A stretch of DNA of 53,964 nucleotides, counting the filler, from an uncultured virus (IMG/VR IMGVR_UViG_2061766007_002098) (taxonomy: Duplodnaviria > Heunggongvirae > Uroviricota > Caudoviricetes). It is 4 parts of one record of this genome, joined end to end, with 100 filler letters (N's around TTAATTAATTAA, not from the genome) between each part and the next. Parts side by side here need not be neighbours in the genome. Positions count along the whole stretch, not along the records: positions 28,434 to 43,086 come from IMGVR_UViG_2061766007_002098; 3 more parts are not named here. One strand, 5' to 3'. Made by a program: the position numbers and the translations under genes. This document shows, piece by piece, positions 29,752 to 41,224 of the stretch. Each line of letters begins with the position of its first letter. Position 1 is the stretch's first letter. Below the pieces are notes generated by a model. That model saw only the letters and a program-made list of their open reading frames with translations, ran no database searches and was not told the origin of the DNA.

Positions 29752-31557
29752 ATGGCAGCACGTGTAATTCAAATAAATTCTTTCTGCGGCGGGTCCTCGA
29801 AGCTCTTGGACTCCGAATTTGTCGGCATGGAAGAATCCTTGAATATGTACCCAGAAACGGTCACCGCTACCGACACCTACTCTACGAAGATTTTAAAGTC
29901 CGTGGAAGGCTTTACGCAGGGCGCACTCTTTGCCGGGTCTTCCGCGTTTGGTTACGAAGAATACTGCGGGATGTGCGTAGTAAACCAGAATCCTTTCGTG
30001 GTTGGTCCAAAGGATTCCCTTCTTATCGTGACGCGCGGACACAACCAGCCTACAAGACACGCCGTATATGTTACCACGCCTTCCATAGGGAACGCTTGGC
30101 AGACGGTGGGAATGTTCACGGCGAGCGACTCTAGAAAAGCCTTCATTAGCGAATTGCCTAACGGCTTGGCGTTAATTCTTATTGGAGAGAAAATCTTTGT
30201 TGCAGACCCGACAAGTACGGCCGACCCTGCGCCGGAACTTGACGAAATCACGCTCCCGGACGCTTTCGACCATGCCGGGAAAATTAAGCCGACGCAGATT
30301 GCCCAGCTTAACTTTAGGGTGATCCTGAACGACAAGAACCGCGATTATATCTATTGGTCCGAAATCAACCGTCCTAACGACGTTTCGGATGTTCACGCCT
30401 TCGAACAGAACCTCACCCAGTACGCTTACACGAAGGTTGACGGGACTGTCGTCACCTTTGACGATAACGTGTTCTACGCTCCGGCCGAAGGTTCCTATGT
30501 TCCCGGTTCGCTCACTACGCAACAGGTTTACACGTCTTCCCTTAACTCCATGAAGATGGATTTCAAGGCCGACAACGTGGTCGCCATGCGCGCTACAGAT
30601 ACAAGCCTTTTCGTATTCGGGAATAACTCCCTCGAAATCTTGCGCTGGCAGAATTCGACAGTAGCGCCTTTTGCCATCGTGAACAAGACCTCCCTTGCTG
30701 GAGTATCGTTTGAAAATGCCGTTACCATTATTGGCAACGAGTGTTATTTTGTCGGGAAAGGCCCTAGCGGAATGTACGGAGTGTGGGCCGTTGACGAAAA
30801 CGGAACTGTTCGCAAAGTTTCAACGAACTCAATAGACCAGGTTTTGGCAAGCTACAATCGGCTTCCGCACGTAATCAAGGATATAGAAACCTTCGAATAT
30901 TCTTACAAGGGCCACCAGTTCTTCGTTTTCAATGTCTACGACTCTACAGACAGCGAAAAACAGGATACATATTGCTTTGACCTTGTAGAGCAAGTATGGA
31001 CCACTCGCGCAAGTTTTGACAAGAAAAACATCCGTTACGCCTGGAACGCTGTAGACGCCGTTTCGCTAGACGGTTTCCCGTTCTTCGTGACGCATACAAA
31101 AATCGGAAGGACCCGTGTTTGCAATTTTGATCCGGAGTCCTCCACAGACCACTTTAACGACGAGGACAACCAAGTCGTAGAGCGCTATTTTATCCAGCGC
31201 GAAAGGGTGACGGGCATCAAGTACGACGGAATTAACGACATCATCGTTACAGGGCTTGAATTGATTTTGAACAACGGAGTGACGAAACAGATTGAACCGA
31301 ACGAAGCCGGATTTTATGGCGACAAGGTGGCGCACGACCCCAAGGTGATGTTACAGGTTTCCACGGACGGTGGCCGTTCCTGGTCTAACGAACTATGGGC
31401 CTATGCCGGAAAAACGGGCCAGTATTCTTGGCGCACCCGCTGGAATTCCTTGGGAAAGGGCGCCCGCTTCGCTTTCCGCGTGAAAATGACCGATCCCGTA
31501 CCTTTTGAAATCGCGACCGCTTACCTTTCTTACATCCAGTGCGGTAACAGGGTATAA
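29752..31557 (+). CDS. P22 gp10-like tail hub / DNA stabilisation protein
   Basis: NMYPE; C-terminal PKVMLQVSTDGGRSWSNE...GKTGQY..R.RW..LG...FRVKMTDPV. Confidence 0.85.
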   Translation: MAARVIQINSFCGGSSKLLDSEFVGMEESLNMYPETVTATDTYSTKILKSVEGFTQGALFAGSSAFGYEEYCGMCVVNQNPFVVGPKDSLLIVTRGHNQPTRHAVYVTTPSIGNAWQTVGMFTASDSRKAFISELPNGLALILIGEKIFVADPTSTADPAPELDEITLPDAFDHAGKIKPTQIAQLNFRVILNDKNRDYIYWSEINRPNDVSDVHAFEQNLTQYAYTKVDGTVVTFDDNVFYAPAEGSYVPGSLTTQQVYTSSLNSMKMDFKADNVVAMRATDTSLFVFGNNSLEILRWQNSTVAPFAIVNKTSLAGVSFENAVTIIGNECYFVGKGPSGMYGVWAVDENGTVRKVSTNSIDQVLASYNRLPHVIKDIETFEYSYKGHQFFVFNVYDSTDSEKQDTYCFDLVEQVWTTRASFDKKNIRYAWNAVDAVSLDGFPFFVTHTKIGRTRVCNFDPESSTDHFNDEDNQVVERYFIQRERVTGIKYDGINDIIVTGLELILNNGVTKQIEPNEAGFYGDKVAHDPKVMLQVSTDGGRSWSNELWAYAGKTGQYSWRTRWNSLGKGARFAFRVKMTDPVPFEIATAYLSYIQCGNRV

Positions 31558-31558
31558 T

Positions 31559-31885
31559 ATGGACCAGCAAGTTAAACAAATTGAAAGCCTCGGCAACGGC
31601 GTAATAGATACGAAAACGTATCTTCCGTTGATAGCCGTTAAAAACGGCCAGATGGTCCACTTGTCGACAGACGGTTTCATCGACTTTTCGAATGTCCCGA
31701 AATTGACATTCCCGGATTCCCGTTTCGCGTTCGCTGTTCATTTTTACGAAAAGGATGTAGGCGCGAACATTGACGCGACTCCGGCTAAAATTATTATTAT
31801 GGCAGCGGGTCGGACTAAATTGGAAATTAACGAATCACGCGTTTATTTCGTGGAATCTACACTCTTGACAAAGGAGAATTTATAA
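31559..31885 (+). CDS. hypothetical virion protein
   Basis: 108 aa between the gp10-like gene and the ejection genes. Confidence 0.55.
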   Translation: MDQQVKQIESLGNGVIDTKTYLPLIAVKNGQMVHLSTDGFIDFSNVPKLTFPDSRFAFAVHFYEKDVGANIDATPAKIIIMAAGRTKLEINESRVYFVESTLLTKENL

Positions 31886-32091
31886 TGGCTTGGTATGATA
31901 AATTGACGGACGCCGGAGAATGGNNNNNNNNNNNNNNNNNNNNNNNNNNNNNNNNNNNNNNNNNNNNNNNNNNNNNNNNNNNNNNNNNNNNNNNNNNNNN
32001 NNNNNNNNNNNNNNNNNNNNNNNNNNNNNNNNNNNNNNNNNNNNNNNNNNNNNNNNNNNNNNNNNNNNNNNNNNNNNNNNNNNNNNNNNNN

Positions 32092-33444
32092 CGACTGCGC
32101 CCGTAAGGTAGGCGGTATCGAAGCGGTAGGTGCCATTGCGGTTCACGTCGCCGTGAACGACTGCGCTCATTTCGAGCTTGCCGGACGGAGACTTTGCGGA
32201 GATTTCTTCGAGGCCCGAATCGTCGAGCTTGACGGAAGAAAGTTCCACGTTGCCCTTCTGCCATGCCCACACAAGAGCGTATTTCTTGTTGGCGGTGTGG
32301 AGCCAGGTAACGGCGGCGGTCGCTGCAGGGAGAGTGGACACGTTGCGGTGTGCGCCGACGGCGTTAATTTCGCCAACCTTAAGCGAGATAGTGCCAGAGC
32401 CGCCAGTGGCGTCAGCCTGCACGACGAAGACCTTGGAGTCAGCCATTACGTGACCGAGTACGTCGCACTTCTGCACGTTGGCAACGGTGAACACGGAGCC
32501 AGCCTTGATAACGGTTGCCGTGGTGATGTTGGCGGAGGCCAGCACGATAGTGTCGGCGCCTTCGTCCGGCTTGGCGGAAACGGTGGTGGAGGCCGGAGCC
32601 GCGCCAAGATCGAGTACGGGCATCGGGGTGTTTTTCCACATGACGTTGGAGTATTCGCCGATCTTTGCCTTGCGGTAGAGTTCACCCGCGATGGCTTCCT
32701 GGTTGAACAAGNNNNNNNNNNAGCCAGCACGATAGTGTCGGCGCCTTCTTCCGGCTTGGCGGAAACGGTGGTGGAAGCCGGAGCCGCGCCAAGATCGAGG
32801 ACGGGCATCGGGGTATTTTTCCACATGACGTTGGAGTATTCGCCGATCTTTGCCTTTCGGTAGAGTTCACCCGCGATGGCTTCCTGGTTGAACAAGCTCA
32901 AGCCGCCCTTTGCGATCTTGGACTTGATTCGGCCGCTCATGTAGCCGACAAGTTCACCGCCGCAGCGGGAATCCTGCAGAGATCCAGCCATGTCGGAAAG
33001 GAGGCCGTAGCCGTCAAAACTATTGCTGGTGCCNNNNNNNNNNNNNNNNNNNNNNNNNNNNNNNNNNNNNNNNNNNNNNNNNNNNNNNNNAGAACCGATT
33101 TCCGGGGAGCGCGGATTTGCGACTTCGCGTTCGAAGGAGTCAATGTCGACCACCTTTTGCAAGGAGCTAATGGTTGCGGAGTTAGTAGATACGCAAACGG
33201 TGAATTCGCGTTCGAATTCCTTGATGTCGTTATTTTTGATGTCGCCACCAGAGCCGATGGTCGGGATGCGGCCCTTGGTGGTAACGGTCTTACCCGGATC
33301 GGGAATAACGACCTTGAGCTTGCCGCCCTGGCGGCCCTTCAAGCCTTCCTGGGTGGAGCGGCAATCTTCGAGAATGGGGCAAGATTCTTCGATTTCTGCG
33401 GTGAAGATTTCAAGGCCCGGTACGGTTACAATGGTGTTAGCCAT
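32092..33444 (-). CDS. P22-like major capsid protein (gapped, duplicated fragments, probably mis-oriented)
   Basis: MANTIVT...GGKLKVVIPD...IKAGSVFTVANV...VFVVQAD...RFD, typical of the P22 coat family. Confidence 0.8.
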
Positions 33445-33778
33445 AATAAAAACCTCTTGTTAGTGTGTTGGGTAGCGCTCGGGGCGGTTCTTGCGGAGCC
33501 AATCCTTCGCATTGAACGTGGCGGGCGCCTGCGTTTTGCCTACGCTTCCNNNNNNNNNNNNNNNNNNNNNNNNNNNNNNNNNNNNNNNNNNNNNNNNNNN
33601 NNNNNNNNNNNNNNNNNNNNNNNNNNNNNNNNNNNNNNNNNTTTTGGAACAACATATTCTTTGACCAGTTCTTCATCTGTTCCGTCACTTCGGAGTTCTT
33701 CGCAATAGCCATAGCCATGACGAGACCAACGGGGCTTTGGTCGATGATTTCCTGGTAGAGCTGGCCTTCTTCGCTTTC
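33437..33778 (-). CDS. scaffolding protein C-terminal fragments
   Basis: SPVGLVMAMAIAKN..., immediately upstream of the coat gene. Confidence 0.5.
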   Translation of the reverse strand, partial: ESEEGQLYQEIIDQSPVGLVMAMAIAKNSEVTEQMKNWSKNMLFQXXXXXXXXXXXXXXXXXXXXXXXXXXXXXXXXKRRQNAGARHVQCEGLAPQEPPRALPNTLTRGFYYG

Positions 33779-33788
33779 NNNNNNNNNN

Positions 33789-34213
33789 TTCAAGCCGCCC
33801 TTTGCGATCTTGGACTTGATTCGGCCACTCATGTAGCCCACAAGTTCACCGCCGCAGCGGGAATCCTGCAGAGAGCCAGCCATGTCGGAAAGGAGGCCGT
33901 AGCCGTCAAAACTATTGCTGGTGCCGTCAACCACGAAGACGGAGTCGGCGTAGAGTGCGGCTTCGTCGATAACGGTTTCCTGCACGGAGGAACCGATTTC
34001 CGGGGAGCGCGGATTTGCGACTTCTCGTTCGAATGAGTCAATGTCGACAACCTTCTGCAAGGAGCTGATGGTTGCGGAGTTCGTGGAAACGCAAACGGTG
34101 AATTCGCGTTCGAATTCCTTGATGTCGTTATTTTCGATGTCGCCACCAGAGCCGATGGTCGGTATGCGGCCCTTGGTGGTAACGGTCTTACCCGGATCGG
34201 GAATAACGACCTT
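33789..34213 (-). CDS. second allele fragment of the coat gene
   Basis: Near-identical to 32898-33315. Confidence 0.75.
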
Positions 34214-34223
34214 NNNNNNNNNN

Positions 34224-35012
34224 GAAGCTTTACAGAATGCTCCGGAATACGGAGCAAAGGCAACAGACAAACTCGGCCTTACTAATGTTGAAGAACAGCA
34301 GGAAGCCTACGACCAGGCAGAAGAAGCCTTGAAGCAGCAACAGCAGCAGGCCGGACAGACTTATAACACTGCTTTGGGTCTTGTAGCTCAAAATCGTGGT
34401 GCAATAGCTGAAATGATAGGCCCTGAAAACCTTGATTATTACAAGCAGATGGTCTACGGTATCGACCCGACAAAGTACGCAGCAAGCACGGAGCCTATTA
34501 AGGACTTCGAATTCGAGCGTGACGTTTCCAAGTACATGGACCCTGCCGCAAAGTACCAGATCGACCAGAGCGTGAACGCTGCCCTTCAGACCATGGCTGG
34601 CCAGGGCGGTATTTCCGGCGGTGCAGCAGCCCGCGCGTTGCAGGCCGAAGCCTCGCAGAAGGCCAGCGAACTTTACGGCGATGCTTGGGACCGCATGATG
34701 AAGGCAAGCGAACAGGAATACGGAAAGGCTCGCGACATTGTTTCCGCAGAACAGACCGCAAAACAGCAAGAAGCCGCCATGCAGCAATACAAGACGGGAC
34801 AGCTTGGAGACCTTTACGGCCAGTATATCGGCAATATGCAGGGCGCAAACGAAGATGTCATTAACATTCTCATGGGACAGATGGGAACAAACCTTTCCCT
34901 CGCTCAAGCATTGGCACAACTCGGAATAGACCGTGCGTCCGCTCCGACTTGGTTGCAGCAGGTGTTGGGAATGGGTGGACAGGCAGCCTCTATTTATGGC
35001 GCGGTGAAGTAA
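34224..35012 (+). CDS. DNA ejection / injection protein (N-terminus probably MAWYDK.. at 31885)
   Basis: Q/A/G-rich, DPAAKYQ...GGISGGAAARALQ, typical of gp7-like proteins. Confidence 0.7.
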   Translation, partial: EALQNAPEYGAKATDKLGLTNVEEQQEAYDQAEEALKQQQQQAGQTYNTALGLVAQNRGAIAEMIGPENLDYYKQMVYGIDPTKYAASTEPIKDFEFERDVSKYMDPAAKYQIDQSVNAALQTMAGQGGISGGAAARALQAEASQKASELYGDAWDRMMKASEQEYGKARDIVSAEQTAKQQEAAMQQYKTGQLGDLYGQYIGNMQGANEDVINILMGQMGTNLSLAQALAQLGIDRASAPTWLQQVLGMGGQAASIYGAVK

Positions 35013-35021
35013 GGAGGAACT

Positions 35022-35291
35022 ATGGCTTTGAACTTTACCCCCCTTTCCGCCTACAAGTTCGACGTATTGAGCGGAATCCGTCAACAGGCCGAAAACCGCA
35101 GGGAAGCCGCGCAAGGTCTCGGCGCCATTCTAGGCACGGCTAAAGGAATCGCAGACGAGCAGAAGACCCGCGACTTTTTCGCGCAATTCGACGATTCCGA
35201 AGAAATCGCGAACATTACGGCGCAGATTGCCGAAAACGAAGCAAAAATCCAGTCCTTGCGCGATGAATTGAAGACTCTCGGAGGTGAATAA
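35022..35291 (+). CDS. putative ejection protein
   Basis: AAGGAGG RBS, position in the ejection cluster. Confidence 0.6.
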   Translation: MALNFTPLSAYKFDVLSGIRQQAENRREAAQGLGAILGTAKGIADEQKTRDFFAQFDDSEEIANITAQIAENEAKIQSLRDELKTLGGE

Positions 35292-36323
35292 ATGGCTCTT
35301 AACGACTATCTCGAAGACAAGGTCGAAGTGACCGAAGAATTTAAGGGCGTTCCGTTCCGTACGCCCGAAAAATCGAACGCCACCCTCGCGACGGTAGATT
35401 CCGACATGGAACAGGCACGGAAGGCCGCACAGATTCGCGGTCGCCGTGAAGCTATCCAGCAGCAAATCAACAACCTTGAGAGTCAAAACGCCGAACTCCG
35501 CGCACGCCTTGAGACCGTCAAGAAAGAATCCCTTTCGGACATGGACGAAGACAAAATCGTAGCCATGGCGAAAGCAAAGGGTATCAAGAACGAAGACATC
35601 GACGCATGGCTGAAGGGTCGCGCCCAGCGCAGCGCCCGCGAAATCAGCGGGCGGCAGACCGAAGAACAGCGTAAAATCTCGGAAGAATTGAATCAACAGA
35701 ACATGGACTCCGACGTCCAGGCTATTTACGACGCTTACTCCAAGTATTCGAAAGCATTGGACGACGCTAACTTGAGCGAAGACGAAGCGGCCGTGACAAA
35801 GAACCGAATCGTCCTTGCGGCAAAGAACGAACTCGATACCCGCAAGCGTAATTTCCAGCGCCGATACGGTAAATCCTGGGAAGAATTTACGGGCGAAGAA
35901 GAACAGACTACTACCGAACCGAAAAGCGGAAAGGTTGAAGGCAAAGAAAAGGTCGAGGTAGTTTTGACTGCCGACGAGGCAAAGGTGGTCGACGAAAAGA
36001 CCATGCAGAAATTCAACGAACCCGACACGACGAACAAGCAGAAGCGAGAAATCAAGGCCGAAGCGCAGAAGAAAATTCGCGAAAAGTCCGAAGCGGAACA
36101 AGCGCGCGCCAAAAAGTTGGATACCATGCGTAGACACCTTGCGACGCTCGGAATCAATGCGAATACGAAAAACATTACGCAAATCATAAAGAACGCCGAA
36201 AAAACACAGGACAAAACAATCCGTGATGCAGTAGACGCTTTGAAATCTTTTGTTCATTCTGAAAAGGATTTTTACGGTTATAACGATTTGATGAAATTGT
36301 TCAAGGTAAAGGAAGGTAAGTAA
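35292..36323 (+). CDS. putative ejection protein
   Basis: Helical, charged, 343 aa. Confidence 0.6.
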   Translation: MALNDYLEDKVEVTEEFKGVPFRTPEKSNATLATVDSDMEQARKAAQIRGRREAIQQQINNLESQNAELRARLETVKKESLSDMDEDKIVAMAKAKGIKNEDIDAWLKGRAQRSAREISGRQTEEQRKISEELNQQNMDSDVQAIYDAYSKYSKALDDANLSEDEAAVTKNRIVLAAKNELDTRKRNFQRRYGKSWEEFTGEEEQTTTEPKSGKVEGKEKVEVVLTADEAKVVDEKTMQKFNEPDTTNKQKREIKAEAQKKIREKSEAEQARAKKLDTMRRHLATLGINANTKNITQIIKNAEKTQDKTIRDAVDALKSFVHSEKDFYGYNDLMKLFKVKEGK

Positions 36324-36324
36324 A

Positions 36325-38094
36325 ATGGCTATCAAGATTACAGAAGACATCATCAAGGAATACGCCGAACGTAACGACTTTCCGACCCTTTACGAAAAGT
36401 ACAAGGAAATCAAGAATGACAAGGACTTGAAAAAATTCCAGCGCGAGAACAAGTTCGCATTGCAGGCTATCGAAGGCGAACAGAAGGGCAAGCGCAGGGA
36501 AGAACGCCTCGCGGAAATCCGCGAAGAAGACCCGCTTACTTACGGCGTCACCGACGAAGAACTTGTCGAAGCCATGCCGGAAGACTTTACGAAAATTGAA
36601 GCCGAAGACATTGAGCTTGATTATGGCGTACCGAAAAAACTTTTTATCCCGAAGGGAAACTACACCAATAAGGAATGGATTTCTATCATGCGACAGCGTT
36701 TCAAGGAAGCTGGACTTGATTTTAACAACCTCGAAGACCGCCGCAGGGTTGCAGAGGCACAGAGCAAGGAAGAAGGCCGAGAAGGAATCCGTGAAGTAGC
36801 GGAGGAAGAAGGCGGTTTTAGAGCCGAAATGTCGCCGCGTTCCCTTGCGAAGCTCAAGGCAGGAAAACAGATCGATGAAGGCGACGTGGCGGCCGATGTT
36901 CTCCGCATGGGAGAGGCCGCGCCGATTGCCGTTGCCGCTCCATCCATTGTTGGCCGCAATGTTCTTGAAGCCTACCTTGACGAAGGCGAAATTACGTCCG
37001 AGGGAATCCAGGACGCAATGGGAAAAAGCGTTTCCGACATTGGCAAATATACGCTTGCTACGCTCGGCGGTGGTGTTCTCGGCCGTGGCGCCTCCACTTT
37101 ACTCCGTGCGCCTCTCAAGGCCGTGGGCGGAGGCTTGAAACGTGGCGGCGAAAGGGTCCTTGAAGACCTCGTCAAGGCAAGCGGTAAAGGCTCCCGCGAA
37201 CAGGTCGTGAAGGCAACGCAGAAGGCTTTGGCTGACGGAAAGGCTGGAGTTACAAACCCCTACGCTGAAAAGGCCGCAGAAGCCGTAAAAAGTGCGGAAT
37301 TGACCGAAGCGCAGAAGAAACGCGCACAGAGCGTTCTTTCGAAGTACCTTGAAGACCGAGACCTCGGAAAAGTCGCCAGTTTGGCAGAAACCGAAATGCA
37401 GAAGCGAACCGTCCGCGGTCCGCGTATCCTTGACAAGGAAATCAAGGAAGAAGCAAAGAGTATCGGGAANNNNNNNNNNAACGTTCTTTCGAAGTACCTT
37501 GAAGACCGCGACCTCGGAAAAGTCGCCAATTTGGCAGAAACCGAAATGCAGAAACGAACCGTCCGCGGGCCGCGTATCCTTGACAAGGAAATCAAGGAAG
37601 AAGCAAAGAGTATCGGGAAGAAGGCGACCGAAGGCACCATGGAAAAGAAGCTTGACTGGGAAGAAATCAAATCTTTCTTGCCCTCCGACAAGGCTCGGCA
37701 GCTTTTAATAAAGCTCCAGAGCGCAGGGCTTCGCGGTGACGAAGGCGAAATCGTGATGAATGGCGTCGAGGATTTCTCCGTAGACGCAAAGGAAGTCGCG
37801 AGAACCGCCAAGGAATCCCAGATCATCGGGGATTTCCTGGACCAAAACAAGAAGCTCCGCAACGATATTTTCAAGGGCCTTGCACAGGAAAAGGTTCTAA
37901 AGTCCTACGGCACGCGCCCGGATGAAAAGCTTCGCGGAGTGTTCAAGTTCGTGGCGGAAGAACCTGTCGCCTACGAAAGACCCGCTTCAAAGGAAGGCGC
38001 ACTTTACGGACTTTCCCTTCTCCCGAAGTATCCATTGCGCCGTTACGTTACTGACGTTGACGCAAAATACAATTTTGAAGAAAAAGAAAAATAA
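36325..38094 (+). CDS. putative ejection protein (internal duplication at gap 37470 is an artefact)
   Basis: Helical with Gly/Ala hydrophobic segments. Confidence 0.6.
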   Translation: MAIKITEDIIKEYAERNDFPTLYEKYKEIKNDKDLKKFQRENKFALQAIEGEQKGKRREERLAEIREEDPLTYGVTDEELVEAMPEDFTKIEAEDIELDYGVPKKLFIPKGNYTNKEWISIMRQRFKEAGLDFNNLEDRRRVAEAQSKEEGREGIREVAEEEGGFRAEMSPRSLAKLKAGKQIDEGDVAADVLRMGEAAPIAVAAPSIVGRNVLEAYLDEGEITSEGIQDAMGKSVSDIGKYTLATLGGGVLGRGASTLLRAPLKAVGGGLKRGGERVLEDLVKASGKGSREQVVKATQKALADGKAGVTNPYAEKAAEAVKSAELTEAQKKRAQSVLSKYLEDRDLGKVASLAETEMQKRTVRGPRILDKEIKEEAKSIGXXXXNVLSKYLEDRDLGKVANLAETEMQKRTVRGPRILDKEIKEEAKSIGKKATEGTMEKKLDWEEIKSFLPSDKARQLLIKLQSAGLRGDEGEIVMNGVEDFSVDAKEVARTAKESQIIGDFLDQNKKLRNDIFKGLAQEKVLKSYGTRPDEKLRGVFKFVAEEPVAYERPASKEGALYGLSLLPKYPLRRYVTDVDAKYNFEEKEK

Positions 38095-38110
38095 ATCATA
38101 TTGGTAATGT

Positions 38111-38552
38111 ATGGCGACTAAAACGGGAAATCTTGTACTGGACCAGCTCTTGACCGCAAACCCNNNNNNNNNNGGTCAACCCTGCAGCCCTCTACAAGTC
38201 CGCCTACAAGCAGGCAATCAACCCCGGCGCATCAAAGAGCGGAACGTGTAACTATTGCCTCCGCTGTAATGGCCGCGTTTTTCGTGGTGCCGACATTATC
38301 ATGCAAGACGGTACGGTCGGACACCATCCAAACTGCAAGTGCATCTTTACGCTTACGCAGTCGCCCGTTTCGCAGGGCATCTACACCGGGGCGGATTTCG
38401 GCGCACGAAAGCAACTTCGCACGAATTCCAACGCCTTGGACGGGGTATCTACCGCAGACCTCCGAATCCTTGCCAGCAAGCGCAACCTCCGCTCGCGCGG
38501 CATCACGAACGACGCCCTGCGTAAATCCATTTTGAAATCCTACATGAAATAA
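38111..38552 (+). CDS. small MuF-like (CxxC...HPNCxC) protein with HeH/SAP-like tail (gap inside)
   Basis: Frame from 38175: TCNYCLRCNGRVF...GHHPNCKCIF...LDGVSTADLRILASKRNLRSRGITNDALRKSIL. Confidence 0.55.
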
Positions 38553-38564
38553 GGAGCAAGAAAA

Positions 38565-39453
38565 ATGTCTTTATCTACCGAAAAATACGGCTTCATCATC
38601 GATCCTTTCTTCTCTTTCATGGATGAAAAGGGAAATCCTATCAAGAACGGATTCCTCCGCATCTTCCTTGCAGGAAGTTCGACTCCGGCCGTTACCTACT
38701 TGAATTGGGCCGGAGCGATGAACCAGGAAACAATCCAGCTTGACAACTCCGGCCGTTGCTATACCCGCGTAATTGGGGCGAAGGGTACGCTTTACAAGGT
38801 CGTGGTCTATAATATCCTCCACTCCCAGGAAAACCCGCTCCTTACGGTAGATAACGTCCAGGTTATTAGCTCTGCTGCAGATGTTTTAGACGGTTCTGTT
38901 ACAACTCAAAAACTTGCAGACGAAGCTGTTACTGCAGCAAAGCTTCATGAAAGCGCGGTCACAACATTAAAACTTGCAGACGAAGCTGTTACTGCAGCAA
39001 AGCTTCATGAAAGCGCGGTCACAACATTAAAACTTGCAGACGAAGCTGTTACTGCAGCAAAGCTTGCAAATTCTTCTATTTCAGAAAATAAGCTTACAGA
39101 CGATCTTAAATTAAAAGTAATCAAGGACTACGTGACTCCCGAAATGTTCGGTGCCGTGGGTGATGGGGTTGAAGACGATACTCAAAGCGTAACGGCCGCT
39201 GTTGCTTCTGGAAAGAATTTATTGTTGGTTGGAGTGTACAGAATCGCCAGCCTCGTAAAGATTCCTAGAACTTGTAAGGTTTTTAGAACAACAGGGTCTT
39301 TTGCAGTTGACGCCTTTGATACCGATACTCAAACGGGTGGCTGGGTTTTCTTCTCTTACCCCGAATTGCCCGTGACTCCCGAAATGTTCGGTGCGGTAGG
39401 CGACGGAGTGGCAGACGATACGAAGGCCATCCAAAATGCAATAGATGCCAACC
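38565..39453 (+). CDS. tailspike N-terminus (P22 head-binding domain plus repeats)
   Basis: FMDEKGNPIKNGFLRIFLAGSSTP...IQLDNSGR; two VTPEMFGAVGDG..DDT motifs. Confidence 0.8.
38909..39068 (+). repeat. 60-bp coding tandem repeat (KLADEAVTAAKLHESAVTTL)
   Basis: About 2.7 near-identical units. Confidence 0.85.
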
Positions 39454-39463
39454 NNNNNNNNNN

Positions 39464-41201
39464 CAAGATTTCCGTACTAGGCGCAAGCATTAACGCTTCA
39501 GGCGCTACTATCGTAACCGGGCTTGACTCCGTGACGGTCCCGGAAGAGAATTTCCTCAAGGCAACCGTAGAAGGAACTGGCGTAGAACTTGCGCTCGATC
39601 CGACGGAAGTTACGAGCGAGGTAAGCACTACCGCCGGAGCGGTAACGGCTGCGCCTGACTACGTTGTCCCTCTCCTGGACAAGACCGGGACCGGGGACGG
39701 TAAGAAAATTTCGCTTGCAAACCTTTTCAAGTTTGCGCTTGATTGGATTTCGAGACTCGCTACGACAGTTACCAGCTTTGCAAGCGGAGACTTTATCGCG
39801 GTAAGCAATACTACAAACGGCACCCGCAAGATGTCCAAGGACACGCTCCTTGAGCTGACCGCACAGAACGCACTCGCAGGCCTCTACGGAAGTGAAAGCG
39901 CAATTGACTTTTTTATTTCTAACGAGCAACAAACAGTTCTTCTCGTTAAAGACGGATTTGTAAGAACAAAAAATCAGTCTATTACGAAGGATAATGATTT
40001 TTTTGACTTTTCGATAAAAAAAGATAACGAGTTTGTCTTCGGAATAAAAAATGGCGTCCCTCGCTATTCGGGACTTTCGTTCGACAAAGACGAATTTACA
40101 GACTTTGCCATAAAGAATAAAGACGGCAAGTATGTCTTGGCTTTCAAGGATGGAAAGTTGATTACAGGGGATTACGGTAAGGATAGGCTTAATCCGATTT
40201 ATCCTTCCGTAGCGTATGGAAAAGTTGCAGTCCATACGAAAGATGTTAGGACTGTGACTGACAACGTCCTTGTGAACGATAATGGTAATCTTGATGAAGA
40301 TTGTTATGTTGTTCTTTATCCGACCAAACAGGTTTTTGGGAAAAGAAAACTCGTTGTATTTTTTCACGGAGCTGGCGAGCCTGTACAAGAGTCTAGCTGG
40401 CTTGGGCTTGAGATGTCTATGGCGAATTTCTTTGCGGCAATGGGCTATGTTGTCTGTGCTTGCAACGGAATGCCGAGAGCGTTTTCCACAGCGAACAATC
40501 TGTCTTATCAAAGACCTGTTGGAAACTATATGTGGATTGAATCTGCCTGCAAAATGGTTGAAAAGGTATGCAGAGAGTATGACTGTGACTTGAATGAAAT
40601 TTATGTTTATGGCGAAAGCCAAGGTGGGATGGGGGCTCTCAATTTTATTGAAGGTGGAAACATTCCTGTCAAATCGTGCGTGATTGACAGCCCTACAATA
40701 TCTATGCTGTATTCCCAACTTAACATTTCCGCAGCCACTGTAAACCTTAAATTTTTCTATGACTTTGAAAATGCAGCAGAATATACTCCCGAAAAGGTAT
40801 ATGGTCTAGACCCCTTCACTAGAAATTGCGATAAGATTGAAGACGCTGCCGACTATACTATAACATCGCCTGGTGGAGCGGCGGGTTATCTTTCCGCTGA
40901 AGAACTCGCTAGGTGCGTGAGTCGNNNNNNNNNNNNTAAATTTTTCTTGGGAACTAACGATTCGACTACTCCTGCGTATGCATGTCAACTCGTATACAAA
41001 CAAATGAAAAATGCGGGACAACTGGTCGCCTGTAATCTCTATCAAGGCATTGGTCATTGTGTAGACCAATTGGCTCCAGTTATCGGAACATTTAGCTATC
41101 GCGGCGTTACTTATAATGTCACGCAGCCGATTGTAGATATGGTCAATTGGTGGTCAAGGTTTGGCGGCTATACTGAATTGCCGCAAATTACAACAACTTA
41201 A
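39464..41201 (+). CDS. tail-associated protein with alpha/beta-hydrolase (serine esterase) domain
   Basis: VVFFHGAG, YGESQGG (GxSxG), GTND, GIGH; probably a different allele from 38565-39453. Confidence 0.7.
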
Positions 41202-41224
41202 TTTATAAAAATCAAGGAGGCCTT

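Noticed and set aside
32092..34213. Capsid block inverted within the late operon, suggesting an invertible segment
   Set aside because: It is bounded by N gaps, interrupts the ejection gene (31885...34224), and shows no inverted repeats or invertase; a scaffolding artefact.
35130..36356. Long antisense ORFs (also 39498-40718 and 52503-53408)
   Set aside because: Shadows of codon-biased genes on the opposite strand.
37332..37620. Internal duplication in an ejection protein
   Set aside because: The copies are separated by a 10-N gap; an allele overlap artefact.
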